DNA of 64,000 nucleotides, from assembly GCA_963799775.1 (NCBI GenBank), contig CAWCYD010000002.1:1-64000 (forward strand), in the 5' to 3' direction. Of the stretch, positions 22,060-31,918 are shown piece by piece. Each line of letters starts with the position of its first letter. Within the stretch, counting starts at the first letter, position 1. Below the pieces are notes generated by a model. It was not told where the DNA came from, did no database searches, and saw nothing but the letters and a program-made list of their open reading frames with translations. A program made the translations under genes and the position numbers. The stretch comes from an uncultured archaeon. GTDB lineage: Archaea; Thermoproteota; Nitrososphaeria; Nitrososphaerales; Gagatemarchaeaceae.

Positions 22060-22325
22060 CGCCGCATACTGAGAACCACTCGACTCGGCCGAAGGTCTCG
22101 AGGCGTATCGAGGTGCTGTCTGGGACTGGAGAGCGTATGACGAGGGATGAGCTCATTCGCCTCGCGACCAAGCGGAGGTTGTATGATGATGAACGGATGG
22201 CCGAACTCGAGTCAATAACTTCCAAGCTGCAGAAGCAAACAAAGAGCAGGAAGCATGTGAAAGAGGAGATAGAGTGGGCCAAGGCCGGCACCAGAAAGGC
22301 GGTTGCAGAGATGCTGAAGCAATGA
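22056..22325 (+). CDS. Small hypothetical protein
   Basis: ATGA overlap with the upstream gene. Confidence 0.45.
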   Translation: MTPHTENHSTRPKVSRRIEVLSGTGERMTRDELIRLATKRRLYDDERMAELESITSKLQKQTKSRKHVKEEIEWAKAGTRKAVAEMLKQ

Positions 22326-22516
22326 AGCTTCATCCAAGATATTGAATCAGCGGATAGCGCAGCGTCGCTCCACAGCTCGGCATTACCGAGATTCGGATGG
22401 AGGCCCTGCAGCCCGTAGTAAGATATTACGATGACGTGCTGGGGTACGAAGAGAGGGTGGCGTCTTACAGAGATCGAGAGTGGTAATCATCATGATTCAT
22501 GTGGACTGAGCAGCCA

Positions 22517-23224
22517 TCAATTGCGTGAAGAATTCAGGAACTCCAAATCTGAATCTTCTGAGTCGCTCTCTTCGTCTTCATCGAGATTCCAGTCTTCAGG
22601 GACGTCCGCCTGAATGATCTGATCTGCATTGTCCTCAAGCCGGAATTGCATCGCTTTCTCCAACTTGTCCTCCATGTTTTCAATTGCGGGGAAATTCAAG
22701 CTGTACGCCGTCTCGCCGGCGGAAACTATCACGCCTCTGTTTGTGCTCTCTTCCAAGGACATGCCAATCCCGAATCCTGCTGACCTGAAAGTGGAGATTG
22801 GAGTTGGTTGAAACATCGAAAGCATGTTTCGATTCAGATTTACTTCTCTTCTCCCGAACAATTGAAGGAACCCTTCAGAGAATGGAATTACCTCGCCGCC
22901 TCGAAATTCCTCGGCCAAGAGGTCGACCTGACGAATCTCTGGAAGTGCATGGGGGAAAATGGTCCGGACAAGTGCTTGGACATCGAGCGACCCCCGCGCT
23001 AGTATTTGATGGACCTTTGGCTCGGATTCGATTGTTCTTTCGGCGTAGATGGGCAAGTTCGTGAAGTCGAATCTTGGCGGAACCCCTACGCTAAACGTAT
23101 AGTGATGATTCCATTCCGGCCTCTTCATCATGACTTTGTAATCGTACCCAGTGTGACCACCGAACATGATCATGAATAGATCCTCGAACCTGATGCGCTT
23201 CAGCGGTCCGAACTGGCCTACCAA
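22517..23224 (-). CDS. Hypothetical protein with acidic tail
   Basis: Long ORF in an AT-richer island segment. Confidence 0.55.
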   Translation of the reverse strand: MVGQFGPLKRIRFEDLFMIMFGGHTGYDYKVMMKRPEWNHHYTFSVGVPPRFDFTNLPIYAERTIESEPKVHQILARGSLDVQALVRTIFPHALPEIRQVDLLAEEFRGGEVIPFSEGFLQLFGRREVNLNRNMLSMFQPTPISTFRSAGFGIGMSLEESTNRGVIVSAGETAYSLNFPAIENMEDKLEKAMQFRLEDNADQIIQADVPEDWNLDEDEESDSEDSDLEFLNSSRN

Positions 23225-23286
23225 GACGGCGGTTTGAGGTTGAGCTTTCTCATTAGCCTTTGGGTCGAGTTGTCTAGCACTGAAGC

Positions 23287-24336
23287 ATGAGAAGGTTATT
23301 GCCGCAATCTTGGGATTTTTCCGACCTTAAATATCAAAGAAGCTTTCACATGAATAAGAAAGTGTTGTCCGTTCCTGCACCGACAAAACCCAAACTCGGT
23401 CTATCACTTTATCTCGCGTATCATCTCTATCGTATCGCTCAAATCTATTGGATAATCAGCATTTTTGCTGACTTGGGTGCAACAGAGATCCTAGTCGCGC
23501 TCTGGAGGGAGGGGGCATCACGTCAGGTAATGTCGAACTATGGCGGGTCGATAATCCCAGGGTTCGAGCTCTTCAGCGTCATCATGAATGGTCTGATAAT
23601 AGCACTGCTGATCAAATGCCGCAATGACTGGTATGTCAAGGCGCAAAGGGTGCGCATCTTCCTAGCAGCAAGGAACTGGATTGTAGCATTTTTCATTCTG
23701 TCTTTCAGCCTGATTCTTTTCATCGACGAGATCGCTGCCTCAACTCAGGTATTCGCTTCAATCATAGGGATTTTTGGAGTGACCTTCGGGCTGTTTGGGA
23801 TAGTGGGCCTTCTTTTCTCAATGCCCTATACGTTCAGAACAGGCATCGACTATGGAATTCCAGAGGTGTTGCAGATCCTCGCCCAGTTCCAATACGTGCC
23901 CAGGCTCCTACGTCCGAAGACGTGTACCCCGCTTCTAAAAGAGGCACACTCCGTTTTGGAGTCCTTGCTATCCACGGGCTATCCACGTATGATTTTCGCC
24001 AGTCTAGGCAATGACTTTTCCGGCATTGCCTTATGCATGAACATAGGCACGGATGAAGAGAAACGCCTCCTCACTCAGTTCTTCAATAATAGCTATCGCA
24101 TCGTTGTCAGAGGAAGAAAGAGACCTCTCGAATCATCTAATGAGTTTCTACGGGAGCTCGAGAGCTTGAAACAAGGTGTCACCAGCGTTCCGGAGCTACA
24201 GCAGAAGCGCGAGGTTCACGGGGCTTGGACGAGAAGCTGGGGAATGACTGTCGTGAACATTGTTCGCCCCTATTCTGATGTCATCATTATTGCCCTTGCA
24301 GTCCTAGCCGTGATACTTCAAGTGGTTCTTCGATGA
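23287..24336 (+). CDS. Hypothetical multi-TM protein
   Basis: About 4 N-terminal and 1 C-terminal hydrophobic helices. Confidence 0.6.
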   Translation: MRRLLPQSWDFSDLKYQRSFHMNKKVLSVPAPTKPKLGLSLYLAYHLYRIAQIYWIISIFADLGATEILVALWREGASRQVMSNYGGSIIPGFELFSVIMNGLIIALLIKCRNDWYVKAQRVRIFLAARNWIVAFFILSFSLILFIDEIAASTQVFASIIGIFGVTFGLFGIVGLLFSMPYTFRTGIDYGIPEVLQILAQFQYVPRLLRPKTCTPLLKEAHSVLESLLSTGYPRMIFASLGNDFSGIALCMNIGTDEEKRLLTQFFNNSYRIVVRGRKRPLESSNEFLRELESLKQGVTSVPELQQKREVHGAWTRSWGMTVVNIVRPYSDVIIIALAVLAVILQVVLR

Positions 24337-24465
24337 GCCAACGCTCTAACCCTCAGACAATGAGGTCGACCGGAAGCGCCAAGTGAGAATTTTGAATGTA
24401 AGTCTGGATGCATCTTTTAGCTCCTGGGCCTCACTGAGTTCTTGGATGCCAAGGCTTAAGATACT

Positions 24466-25383
24466 ATGGGGGGAGTTTGGAGGGAGACGAATTGGTTCAT
24501 GGCGGACTCAGAAGCATCTTATCTGGACAAGCTGAAGAAGACGATACTTCAGACTGGCTTTCCTCTTGAACTTGAAGTCGACGACATATTGCGAAATATG
24601 GGTTGGCAAACTTCGCCTAACATGATGTATGTTGACTATGACTTGGATCCGCCGGTACAGAGAGAAACGGACAATCAAGCATTGTCTCCGCTGCAGGAGA
24701 ACCTGGATAAGAGGCATTATCCAATCCCAGTAAGTCCGAACTTGTTCGTGGAATGCAAGAGACTCCCGGCAACATATGCCGTTATCATGAATCGGAAGCG
24801 AAATGTCGTTACGCACTACGATTTCTCCGGACAATTCATTGATCTTGGATTGCATCCCACGAACGAGGGTTCAGCACTCGGCATGTTCTTTGACGGTGTT
24901 GATTTTCACTACAAGCGAATGGCCGAGAGAATCGGAGTCGGGAAAGAAATCAAAATCGGCGACACGATGGAACGGGAAGGTAAGGACTCAATCTTTGGGG
25001 GATCGATGCAGCTAGTCAAAGCACAAGCATACAACGTGTCTAGGATTTTTGAGATGCAGAAATCCACGCCACACAGTCACCATCCTCTGTTCTTCACGTT
25101 TCTCGCACTAATTATTGACAGGAAGATCGTAGAATCAAGATGGAACGGAGGAAAACTGGAGCTTGAAGAAGTAGAGCATGCAATAATGCAAGTAAACTAC
25201 AAACCGAGCTATCTTGGCGAACCCCGAAGCTATCTCATCGATGTTGTTTCGAAGGATTATCTCAGGACGTACCTTAATTTGCTCGTGAATGACATTGCGG
25301 CATTGAGTCCAGAGATAGAAAAGCGGAAGGATTTCCTGCGACATTATCTTGACAAGGCCAGACCTCCTCCACCCATTTTGTAA
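24466..25383 (+). CDS. PD-(D/E)xK nuclease-like hypothetical protein
   Basis: TGFPLELEV...RETD...FVECKR pattern. Confidence 0.6.
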   Translation: MGGVWRETNWFMADSEASYLDKLKKTILQTGFPLELEVDDILRNMGWQTSPNMMYVDYDLDPPVQRETDNQALSPLQENLDKRHYPIPVSPNLFVECKRLPATYAVIMNRKRNVVTHYDFSGQFIDLGLHPTNEGSALGMFFDGVDFHYKRMAERIGVGKEIKIGDTMEREGKDSIFGGSMQLVKAQAYNVSRIFEMQKSTPHSHHPLFFTFLALIIDRKIVESRWNGGKLELEEVEHAIMQVNYKPSYLGEPRSYLIDVVSKDYLRTYLNLLVNDIAALSPEIEKRKDFLRHYLDKARPPPPIL

Positions 25384-25569
25384 TGACACTTGCACATTTT
25401 CAGGATGAGGCACGTCGAAGGGGGACCGGGACATGCCGGGAAGGATAGAATTTGCGGAAAACTGGAAGCTGTCTGAATCTTTACTTTTAGTTTGAATATT
25501 TCTGATTAAAACAAGCCATACGACGTCTTCCTTGTATTCCAATAAACTCTCCCTTCGAGAGGTCGTCGC

Positions 25570-25932
25570 TTAGTAAGCCGAATAGTAGTTTTGGATAAGC
25601 CAGCCTGCTATCAATAAGCCCAGGCCCGCCACCAAGACCCAAGGTTCGACAACTACCTCGATGACAATCGCTCCGAGTACGAGCCAGTGGCGGCGGTCCT
25701 GCAGAAGTCGAGCATCGCCGAACATTCCATAGACGAAGAATCCAATCGCGATTAAGAGGCCTGGAACGTACGGACCCATCAAAGACTGAGCCATTGCCTG
25801 CATGATTGCGCCGAACGCAAATCCGACCACTCCTAATCCTAGTCCGTTACCGAACTGATTCGTTGCGTCATCAATCATGTCGGAAATGCTTGTCAGAGAT
25901 CTCTCCCCTAATGGCTGAAAGCAGTGACACAA
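25570..25932 (-). CDS. Small membrane protein
   Basis: 3-4 hydrophobic segments; true start probably at MIDD. Confidence 0.45.
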   Translation of the reverse strand: MCHCFQPLGERSLTSISDMIDDATNQFGNGLGLGVVGFAFGAIMQAMAQSLMGPYVPGLLIAIGFFVYGMFGDARLLQDRRHWLVLGAIVIEVVVEPWVLVAGLGLLIAGWLIQNYYSAY

Positions 25933-26228
25933 AGATGCTCAAAAAGATTGTGGAAAAGAATCCAAAGCCTCTACTCGGATTTGAAGGAGAGCCTCAACGC
26001 CTCGGAGGAGCAGCCAGGATTAGTTGATGAGTAGAGAGCTACTTTACATCTGCGCCTGCGCCGGCTCCTGCACTGCCGCCAACTCCCGCATGTTTGGCAT
26101 GACAGAAATCGCACTCATAAGGATGTCCCGGCGCGATGAAAAGTCTCAATGCCCAAACTCCTCGCTTTTGGTATTCATGAGGATATGCCCCACGTGCGGA
26201 AAGGCCGATTTGTCACGGGGTGGCGGAC

Positions 26229-26903
26229 TCAGCCGAAGTGACCCAACTCTCTTAGACTGGTATCCAGCTTCCTTGCAACGTCTCTAAACAAGGCCAGAGA
26301 GCCGGATATCTCATCCTTGACCGGACCCTCTGGAAGCTCCTTCGTCAGGTTGAGGAGATGCAGATATCGATCCTTCAGGCCCCACTTTATGAATCGCTTC
26401 TCCCACAGAATCCCCCCGCTGAGCAGCTCCGTGAGACGGATCTCGGTCCCCTTGCTCTCGCTCCTTTCGAGCTCCTCCCTCTTCAGCGAGGGGTTGTACT
26501 TCAGCAAGAGGTTCCTTATGACCACCAGCCTCTCTCTAACTTTGCTTTTGTCTTCGTCATCCAAACCCTTGAACGTCCTCGATAGGAGATAGCGAAGGTC
26601 GAAGAGAAGGTCGTAGCAGCGGCCAAGCGATATGGCCAACCGCGTGTTCGTTATGATCGCGAGGTCGTCTTCCTCTCCCGCGACCCTGACGAACCGGATC
26701 CGCTCGAGCTCGCGCCTTCCAGCGTCCGTGAGGCCGTACCTGCCTTCTTCGTCCTTCGAGATGAATCTTGACTCGGCGAGACCTGTCAACGCGACATAGA
26801 CCGTCTTGTCAGGCCTTCCAAGGTCTCGGACCAACTCGGAATAGCGCCTGGGCCCTTTCTCGAGCAACTCCAGAACGGAGACCTTGACGGTGACGTCGGG
26901 CAT
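26229..26903 (-). CDS. Winged-helix (ArsR/HxlR-like) regulator
   Basis: LELLEKGPRRYSELVRDL..KTVY..L..L...YGLTDAG. Confidence 0.75.
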   Translation of the reverse strand: MPDVTVKVSVLELLEKGPRRYSELVRDLGRPDKTVYVALTGLAESRFISKDEEGRYGLTDAGRRELERIRFVRVAGEEDDLAIITNTRLAISLGRCYDLLFDLRYLLSRTFKGLDDEDKSKVRERLVVIRNLLLKYNPSLKREELERSESKGTEIRLTELLSGGILWEKRFIKWGLKDRYLHLLNLTKELPEGPVKDEISGSLALFRDVARKLDTSLRELGHFG

Positions 26904-26907
26904 CTCG

Positions 26908-26970
26908 CCTACCTACTGCGTAGGAAGGCTTATAAGGTTGCCGCAGGCCTCTTCCTACCAGCATGGTAGG
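26908..26970. promoter_or_regulatory. Divergent promoter: palindromic TATA box flanked by two CCTAC-N7-GTAGG operators
   Basis: CTTATAAG at 26929-26936; inverted repeats at 26908-26924 and 26954-26970. Confidence 0.6.
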
Positions 26971-27184
26971 TAAACTAGAGCTGCAGGATGGGCCTGCCGC
27001 GCTCGTGAACATTCGCCCGATCAAGGAATGGGCCGCGACCAGACTGAGTGCTGACTCGACACTGCGGAAAGTTCTCGAGAGCGAGCAAGAGACCATCCAA
27101 GCCTCCGAGTTCGTGGGGAAGCTAGGCGTCTGGCTGCAGCTTCTTGAGGTGGAGGAGGCCCTGAGAGACAGTGGACGCCACTGA
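26963..27184 (+). CDS. Small hypothetical protein
   Basis: First gene of an overlapping three-gene operon. Confidence 0.55.
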   Translation: MVGKLELQDGPAALVNIRPIKEWAATRLSADSTLRKVLESEQETIQASEFVGKLGVWLQLLEVEEALRDSGRH

Positions 27185-27947
27185 CCTGCTCCTGGGCTTG
27201 ACCGCCCTGTCCGAGGCCGCCTACCTGATCCTCGACGGTTTCACGAACATAGCGCGCAAGGACCGAGAGATGACGGGGAGGCGGATTGCGGTGGTCTCTC
27301 TGCTTTCTCTCATTGGGTCGACAATCCTGGGGGTCCTCGTCGTTCAGGTCAGCGAGGACGTTCCCGCGTTCGAAGGGGCCCTCCTCACCGCCGTCTGGAG
27401 CGCGCTGCTCGCTTTCGTCTGGTTCTGCTCTTGGAGGCTCTATCACTCGATGCTCGAGTACTCCGGGCGCGTCCAGTCGGAGAAGATGGACACCGTGGAG
27501 TTCGTAGAGAGGCGGACCGCGGAGACCCTCGCTCCGATGGGGGAGAAGGTCGGCAAGATTGAGGGGATCGCGGACGCGTTGAAGACCTCCATCGAGCAGT
27601 GGAACCAGAAGGCGCCGGCGACCCTCGACGCCATGAAGAAGGCGAGCGATGCGACCAGGAGGTCGAGCGAGTGGGTCTTCGACTGGATAGAGAACACGAA
27701 GAAGGACATGGGCCAGATAGCCAGCCGCTACGAGGAGTTGGCCGAGGCGCACCGAAACGACTCGGCGACAATCTACCTGGTCTCGAACAAGCTGGAGTCC
27801 CTGGTCGAGAGGGCCTCGATCCTCCAGGATGAAATAGACGAACTCCTAGCGGAGGGTGCCTCCGCTCCGGAGGAGGAGATTGATGACGACAGCCCCGGCG
27901 GAAGCTCGGCAGGAGCCGGGACACCCAGAGGTGGGAGTGGCGACTAG
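27171..27947 (+). CDS. Membrane-anchored coiled-coil protein
   Basis: 3 TM helices followed by a long heptad-like region. Confidence 0.6.
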   Translation: MDATDLLLGLTALSEAAYLILDGFTNIARKDREMTGRRIAVVSLLSLIGSTILGVLVVQVSEDVPAFEGALLTAVWSALLAFVWFCSWRLYHSMLEYSGRVQSEKMDTVEFVERRTAETLAPMGEKVGKIEGIADALKTSIEQWNQKAPATLDAMKKASDATRRSSEWVFDWIENTKKDMGQIASRYEELAEAHRNDSATIYLVSNKLESLVERASILQDEIDELLAEGASAPEEEIDDDSPGGSSAGAGTPRGGSGD

Positions 27948-28434
27948 AGCAGAGAAGGAGGGGATCGCGATAGGGCACAGGCGACTCACCACGGAGGACG
28001 GGCGGGCGAACAGGGAGAGGGGCAACAACGCCCAGCTGAGGTTCTGCGAGGAGATCCTTCGTGGAGACGGCAAGCTGGTCGACAACAGCATAAAGGAAGG
28101 GACTCCGGACTACGTCTTCTATGCTCCCGGGACGCGCAGTCCTAGGGGGGTCGGCGCGTTCAAAGCTCTGACGCTTAGGGAGGACGGGACGAGGCAGAGG
28201 TGGATACCCAGGAGGAAGTTGCTCGCGGAGCAGCGGCTGGCGTTGAAGTTAGGTGTCCCCCTGATCCTGTTCGTCCTGAACTTCACCAACGGGAGGATCT
28301 GGGCGAAGGTGGTGTCGATGGAGGAGCTAAAGGAGTTCAGCGGGCTCACCACGCCTTTGATGGTGATGGAGAACGACCCACAGGCAGAGAAGGCGTGCAA
28401 GGAGACGCTGGAAATGGCTCTCCAACTGCTTTGA
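27937..28434 (+). CDS. Hypothetical protein, possible PD-(D/E)xK fold
   Basis: GTPDYVF...GAFKA; overlaps the upstream stop. Confidence 0.45.
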   Translation: MATRAEKEGIAIGHRRLTTEDGRANRERGNNAQLRFCEEILRGDGKLVDNSIKEGTPDYVFYAPGTRSPRGVGAFKALTLREDGTRQRWIPRRKLLAEQRLALKLGVPLILFVLNFTNGRIWAKVVSMEELKEFSGLTTPLMVMENDPQAEKACKETLEMALQLL

Positions 28435-28727
28435 CGCAAATTGTCCTTCTACTGTCACGGCATTGTCGCGACAGTCTCAAGCTGTCCAACAATGCTCAGC
28501 CGCCCACGGCGCCGCACCCTTTTTTATTACTAAGCAAACCCATGTTTTTTGCCGAACCCGCTTCGCGACAAGCCGTGCAGCCTAAGGCCCGCGGTCTCCC
28601 CCGCGCGCTCTTGGTCGGCCCGCGGGACTTCTTCGGCCTGGGGCCTTGCGATGCGAAATAGGGACTCATTCCAAGAGTGCGTCGGCAGCCTGACCCAGGA
28701 ATGATGCAACAGATTGACATTGACTCG

Positions 28728-28886
28728 TTACGCCTTCTCTATCACGACGCGCTTGCCGTCTATCCTGGCGACCAGCTCCTCGAGGGGCTTGAAGGGGAAG
28801 GCGCTGTCCCTGACAAGCTCCGATGGCAGGTTGATGCTGTGCCTCCCGCCTGACACGTAGATCTTGACCTTGGCCTGGGCTGTCAA
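28728..28886 (-). CDS. AbrB/MazE-like small DNA-binding protein (not in ORF track)
   Basis: TTG start; MTAQAKVKIYVSGGRHSINLPSELVRDSAFPFKPLEELVARIDGKRVVIEKA (52 aa). Confidence 0.7.
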   Translation of the reverse strand: MTAQAKVKIYVSGGRHSINLPSELVRDSAFPFKPLEELVARIDGKRVVIEKA

Positions 28887-28990
28887 CGGGTGCCGCTCAC
28901 GTATGTACGCGATATAATACTTGGGTGGCTTCGCCGGTATGTATGCCGTTATATCCCTACCTATGTATGTACTATCGTGTGCATGGCTGA

Positions 28991-29455
28991 ATGACGGAGA
29001 GGGACTTGTACGATGTGCTCGGCGTCGCGAAGTCGGCGTCAGAGCATGATATCAAGGAAGCCTACAGGAGGCTGGCCGTCAGGTATCACCCTGACAGGAA
29101 TAAATCTCCGGATGCGGAGGAGAGGTTCAAGGACGTCTCTCAGGCTTATTTTGTCCTGTCAGATGCCGAGAAGAGGGCCTTGTACGACGCCCTCGGCCCC
29201 GAGAAGTACGACGATCCGCGGGAGGTCTTCCGCTACCAGCAGCAGCGTGATGCTGCCATGCGAGACGTGAGGAACTACGAAGCCTACAGGTCGGCGCATC
29301 ATGAGGAAGTAGCTAAGACGACTGGCACCCTCCTCTTCTTTCTCATCCTGCTGAACCTCATCCCCTCCTGGGTTTTGGGCCCCTGGTACGTCATATTCAA
29401 CGCCTTCTTGCTACTCTCCCTCGCCTTCTCCATCTACCAGTGGTTCGACGTTTGA
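28991..29455 (+). CDS. J-domain protein with C-terminal TM helices
   Basis: [20 protein letters not shown]; two hydrophobic helices. Confidence 0.85.
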   Translation: MTERDLYDVLGVAKSASEHDIKEAYRRLAVRYHPDRNKSPDAEERFKDVSQAYFVLSDAEKRALYDALGPEKYDDPREVFRYQQQRDAAMRDVRNYEAYRSAHHEEVAKTTGTLLFFLILLNLIPSWVLGPWYVIFNAFLLLSLAFSIYQWFDV

Positions 29456-29548
29456 CGGCCTTCCGGCCAGCCGGCCCATGAGCCAGGCGGGCGACGACGG
29501 GGCAGGGACCGGCCGCTGTTCTCCAGGCGCGCGGTGGAGGTTCTCTGG

Positions 29549-30284
29549 CTAAGGCTCACTCTTGGCAGCATCGTCATGTCCTCGCTCTCGAGAGCAAAAG
29601 AGGGAGACGGTCTCGACCATGGTTGCGTTGTCTATATCGTACCAATACTGTGTCGACTGTTGCCTCTCCAATAAATCTCCCAGCAGCTTCCGTGCCTCCG
29701 AAACGTATGCAGGGCCGTTCTTCTCCTCTGCGTCGATTAGGACACGGCGGAGAACGTACAGCATTGATTCGCATACGAGCTGGTCGTCGGCGAGTTCGAG
29801 ATTGACCAGCCCGCGCGAGAAGTAGTCCACCATGCTGTCATGAAAGCGCTCGACCAGGGAGTCTTCGCCTTTACCGCTTAGCTGCTCCAAGAGGTGGAAC
29901 ACCAGGTGGGAACGAGCGTGTGGGCGAACCCATGACTCGATGCTTTCGTCTCCGGGAGCTTCTCGAGAGGAGCGCACGACTGCTGCGATTCCCTTCAGCG
30001 ACAACGAGTACAGGGCCACCGTCTTCCCTCGGTACTCCCGCTCCGAGGAACGGAAGACGTAGCCACGATCGACGAGGCCTGGAGACCGGCGAGCCAGGCG
30101 TTGCCTTCCCACCACCAGCCTGAAGACGACTGCCTCTTTCTGCTTGACCTGCTGGTAGCTCTGGTCGTCGCGGCACAAGGTTCTCGCCAAGTCCCACGTC
30201 GACAAGGGGCCCCTCTCCGAGTTCCCGCATGATGGCTATGGTGTTCCCGGCGGCCTTGCCCTTCAATACTTGAGCATTGTCCAT
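29549..30284 (-). CDS. Hypothetical wHTH-type protein (frameshift near 30210)
   Basis: IMRELG..GPLSTWDLA ... LVDRGYV ... YSLSLKG. Confidence 0.5.
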
Positions 30285-30360
30285 CGGGGCCTCCTCAGGG
30301 TAATGCATACCCTACCCATAGGGGTAACCCATATATCAACGCTCGTACCTTGGACACCCA

Positions 30361-31276
30361 ATGACAAGAATCGTTAGCTTCATCAACTACAAAGGAGGTG
30401 TCGCAAAGACGACATCAACGTACCACATCGGGTGCGCGCTCGCCCACTTCCACAACAAGAAAGTGCTCCTGGTCGACGCCGACCCGCAGACAAACCTGAC
30501 CTTCCTTTGCGCACGGCCTGAGAGATGGAACGAATTTCGACGAGAGCACGGAACGCTGGAGGCCCTCTACAACAAGTTCCTCGAAGGAGACGCCGAGGAC
30601 TTCGACATAAAGGACATACTTTGGAAATCCCCGATAACCAGAGGCGAAAGCCCGATAGTCCCCAACCTCGATCTCATACCCTCCACGGTTTCCTTGATGG
30701 GAATAGACCTCGACCTGCAGAGCCAGATGACCGGGGCCAACACCGAGAAGGCGTTCGCCAAGTCATACCTGAGGATAAGGACGGTCTTGAGGAACGCGCT
30801 AGACCAAATCAAATCTGACTACGACTACATCCTGGTTGACTGCCCTCCGAACCTATACATCGTCACGCAGAACGCGCTCCTGGCCAGCGACGCCTACGTC
30901 GTCTCCGCGCTGCCAGACCACCTCTCGACCGTAGGCCTGTCGCTTCTCGACGCGAGGATTAAGAAGCTCGGGAGGGCCTGGAGGAACTACGGAGAGACCG
31001 CGGGCGAAGAGGTCGATGTGCCCAAGATGAAGGGGATAGTCTTTGTCAGGGTCAGGCTGGGCGGCACCGCGACGGTCGACATGCACAGGACTGTTATGGC
31101 GGCGATTCGCGAACAGTACGGGGACGTGGTCTTCGACTCGTACACTACCGAAGGAATCGGATACGGAGAGGCCGCGGAAATGGCGAGGCCGGTCTTCCTT
31201 CAAAAGTGACCCGAACGCACAGCGAGTTGCCCCGCAATACGTTCAAATCACCAAGGAGTTCCTGCGTAAAGTATGA
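30361..31276 (+). CDS. ParA/Soj-family ATPase (frameshift near 31200)
   Basis: NYKGGVAKTT, LVDADPQTNLT, ILVDCPP. Confidence 0.88.
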
Positions 31277-31818
31277 GGTCCACAAGCGGCACGGAACGCC
31301 CTTGGATAGAGCGTTTGGAAACCCTCGCCAAATCGACAAGATTCTCCGTCTCCGACGAGGAGAGGGCAGCCATGCTGAAGGCCGCCGACGACTTGATTGG
31401 ATTCCTGACCAGGTACAAGGAATTCGTCTCACAAGTGCCCAGCGACGAGGAGCAGAAAGCCGCCTCGAGGTCCGCCGAGGTGCTGCTGGGATTTGCGAAT
31501 CGGCACCGGCACAATCAGGGATTGGCATTCATGTTTCCGGACTCCAAAGGGGGTAAGGCGACGGTGCAGAAGAGCAGGTCCAACAAGCCCCTTGCCGACG
31601 TCGAGGCGCTCATGAAGGAGTTGCAGGAACTTCCAACTTCTGAGATTGAAAAGAGGCTCTCCCGCGCGGAGCTTAGCCTCTTGGATCTATCAATCCTGGC
31701 AAGACGCCTTGGTCTCGCGGCCAAATCGAACGACACCAGGTCTCAGCTCATAGAGAGAATTGCCGCTGTCGGATTTGCGAATCGGAGAGGCTACGACTTG
31801 TTGCGAAACGACAAGTAG
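31273..31818 (+). CDS. Hypothetical helical protein coupled to ParA
   Basis: Overlaps the ParA stop; C-terminal LARRLGL...R.QLIERI resembles Rho-N/HeH. Confidence 0.55.
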   Translation: MRSTSGTERPWIERLETLAKSTRFSVSDEERAAMLKAADDLIGFLTRYKEFVSQVPSDEEQKAASRSAEVLLGFANRHRHNQGLAFMFPDSKGGKATVQKSRSNKPLADVEALMKELQELPTSEIEKRLSRAELSLLDLSILARRLGLAAKSNDTRSQLIERIAAVGFANRRGYDLLRNDK

Positions 31819-31918
31819 GACTCTGGTAGATTCTCTGCTCTGCGTAGGGCCGATTGGGCAAAGGATTAGGAACAAGTTTACGAGCGGCTTGTCCGGGCCC
31901 TCTGTGGAGGTCGCCCAA

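Noticed and set aside
30598-30610. GACTTCGACATA inside parA as another att site
   Set aside because: No flanking palindromes or TAG; explained by the codons for DFDI.
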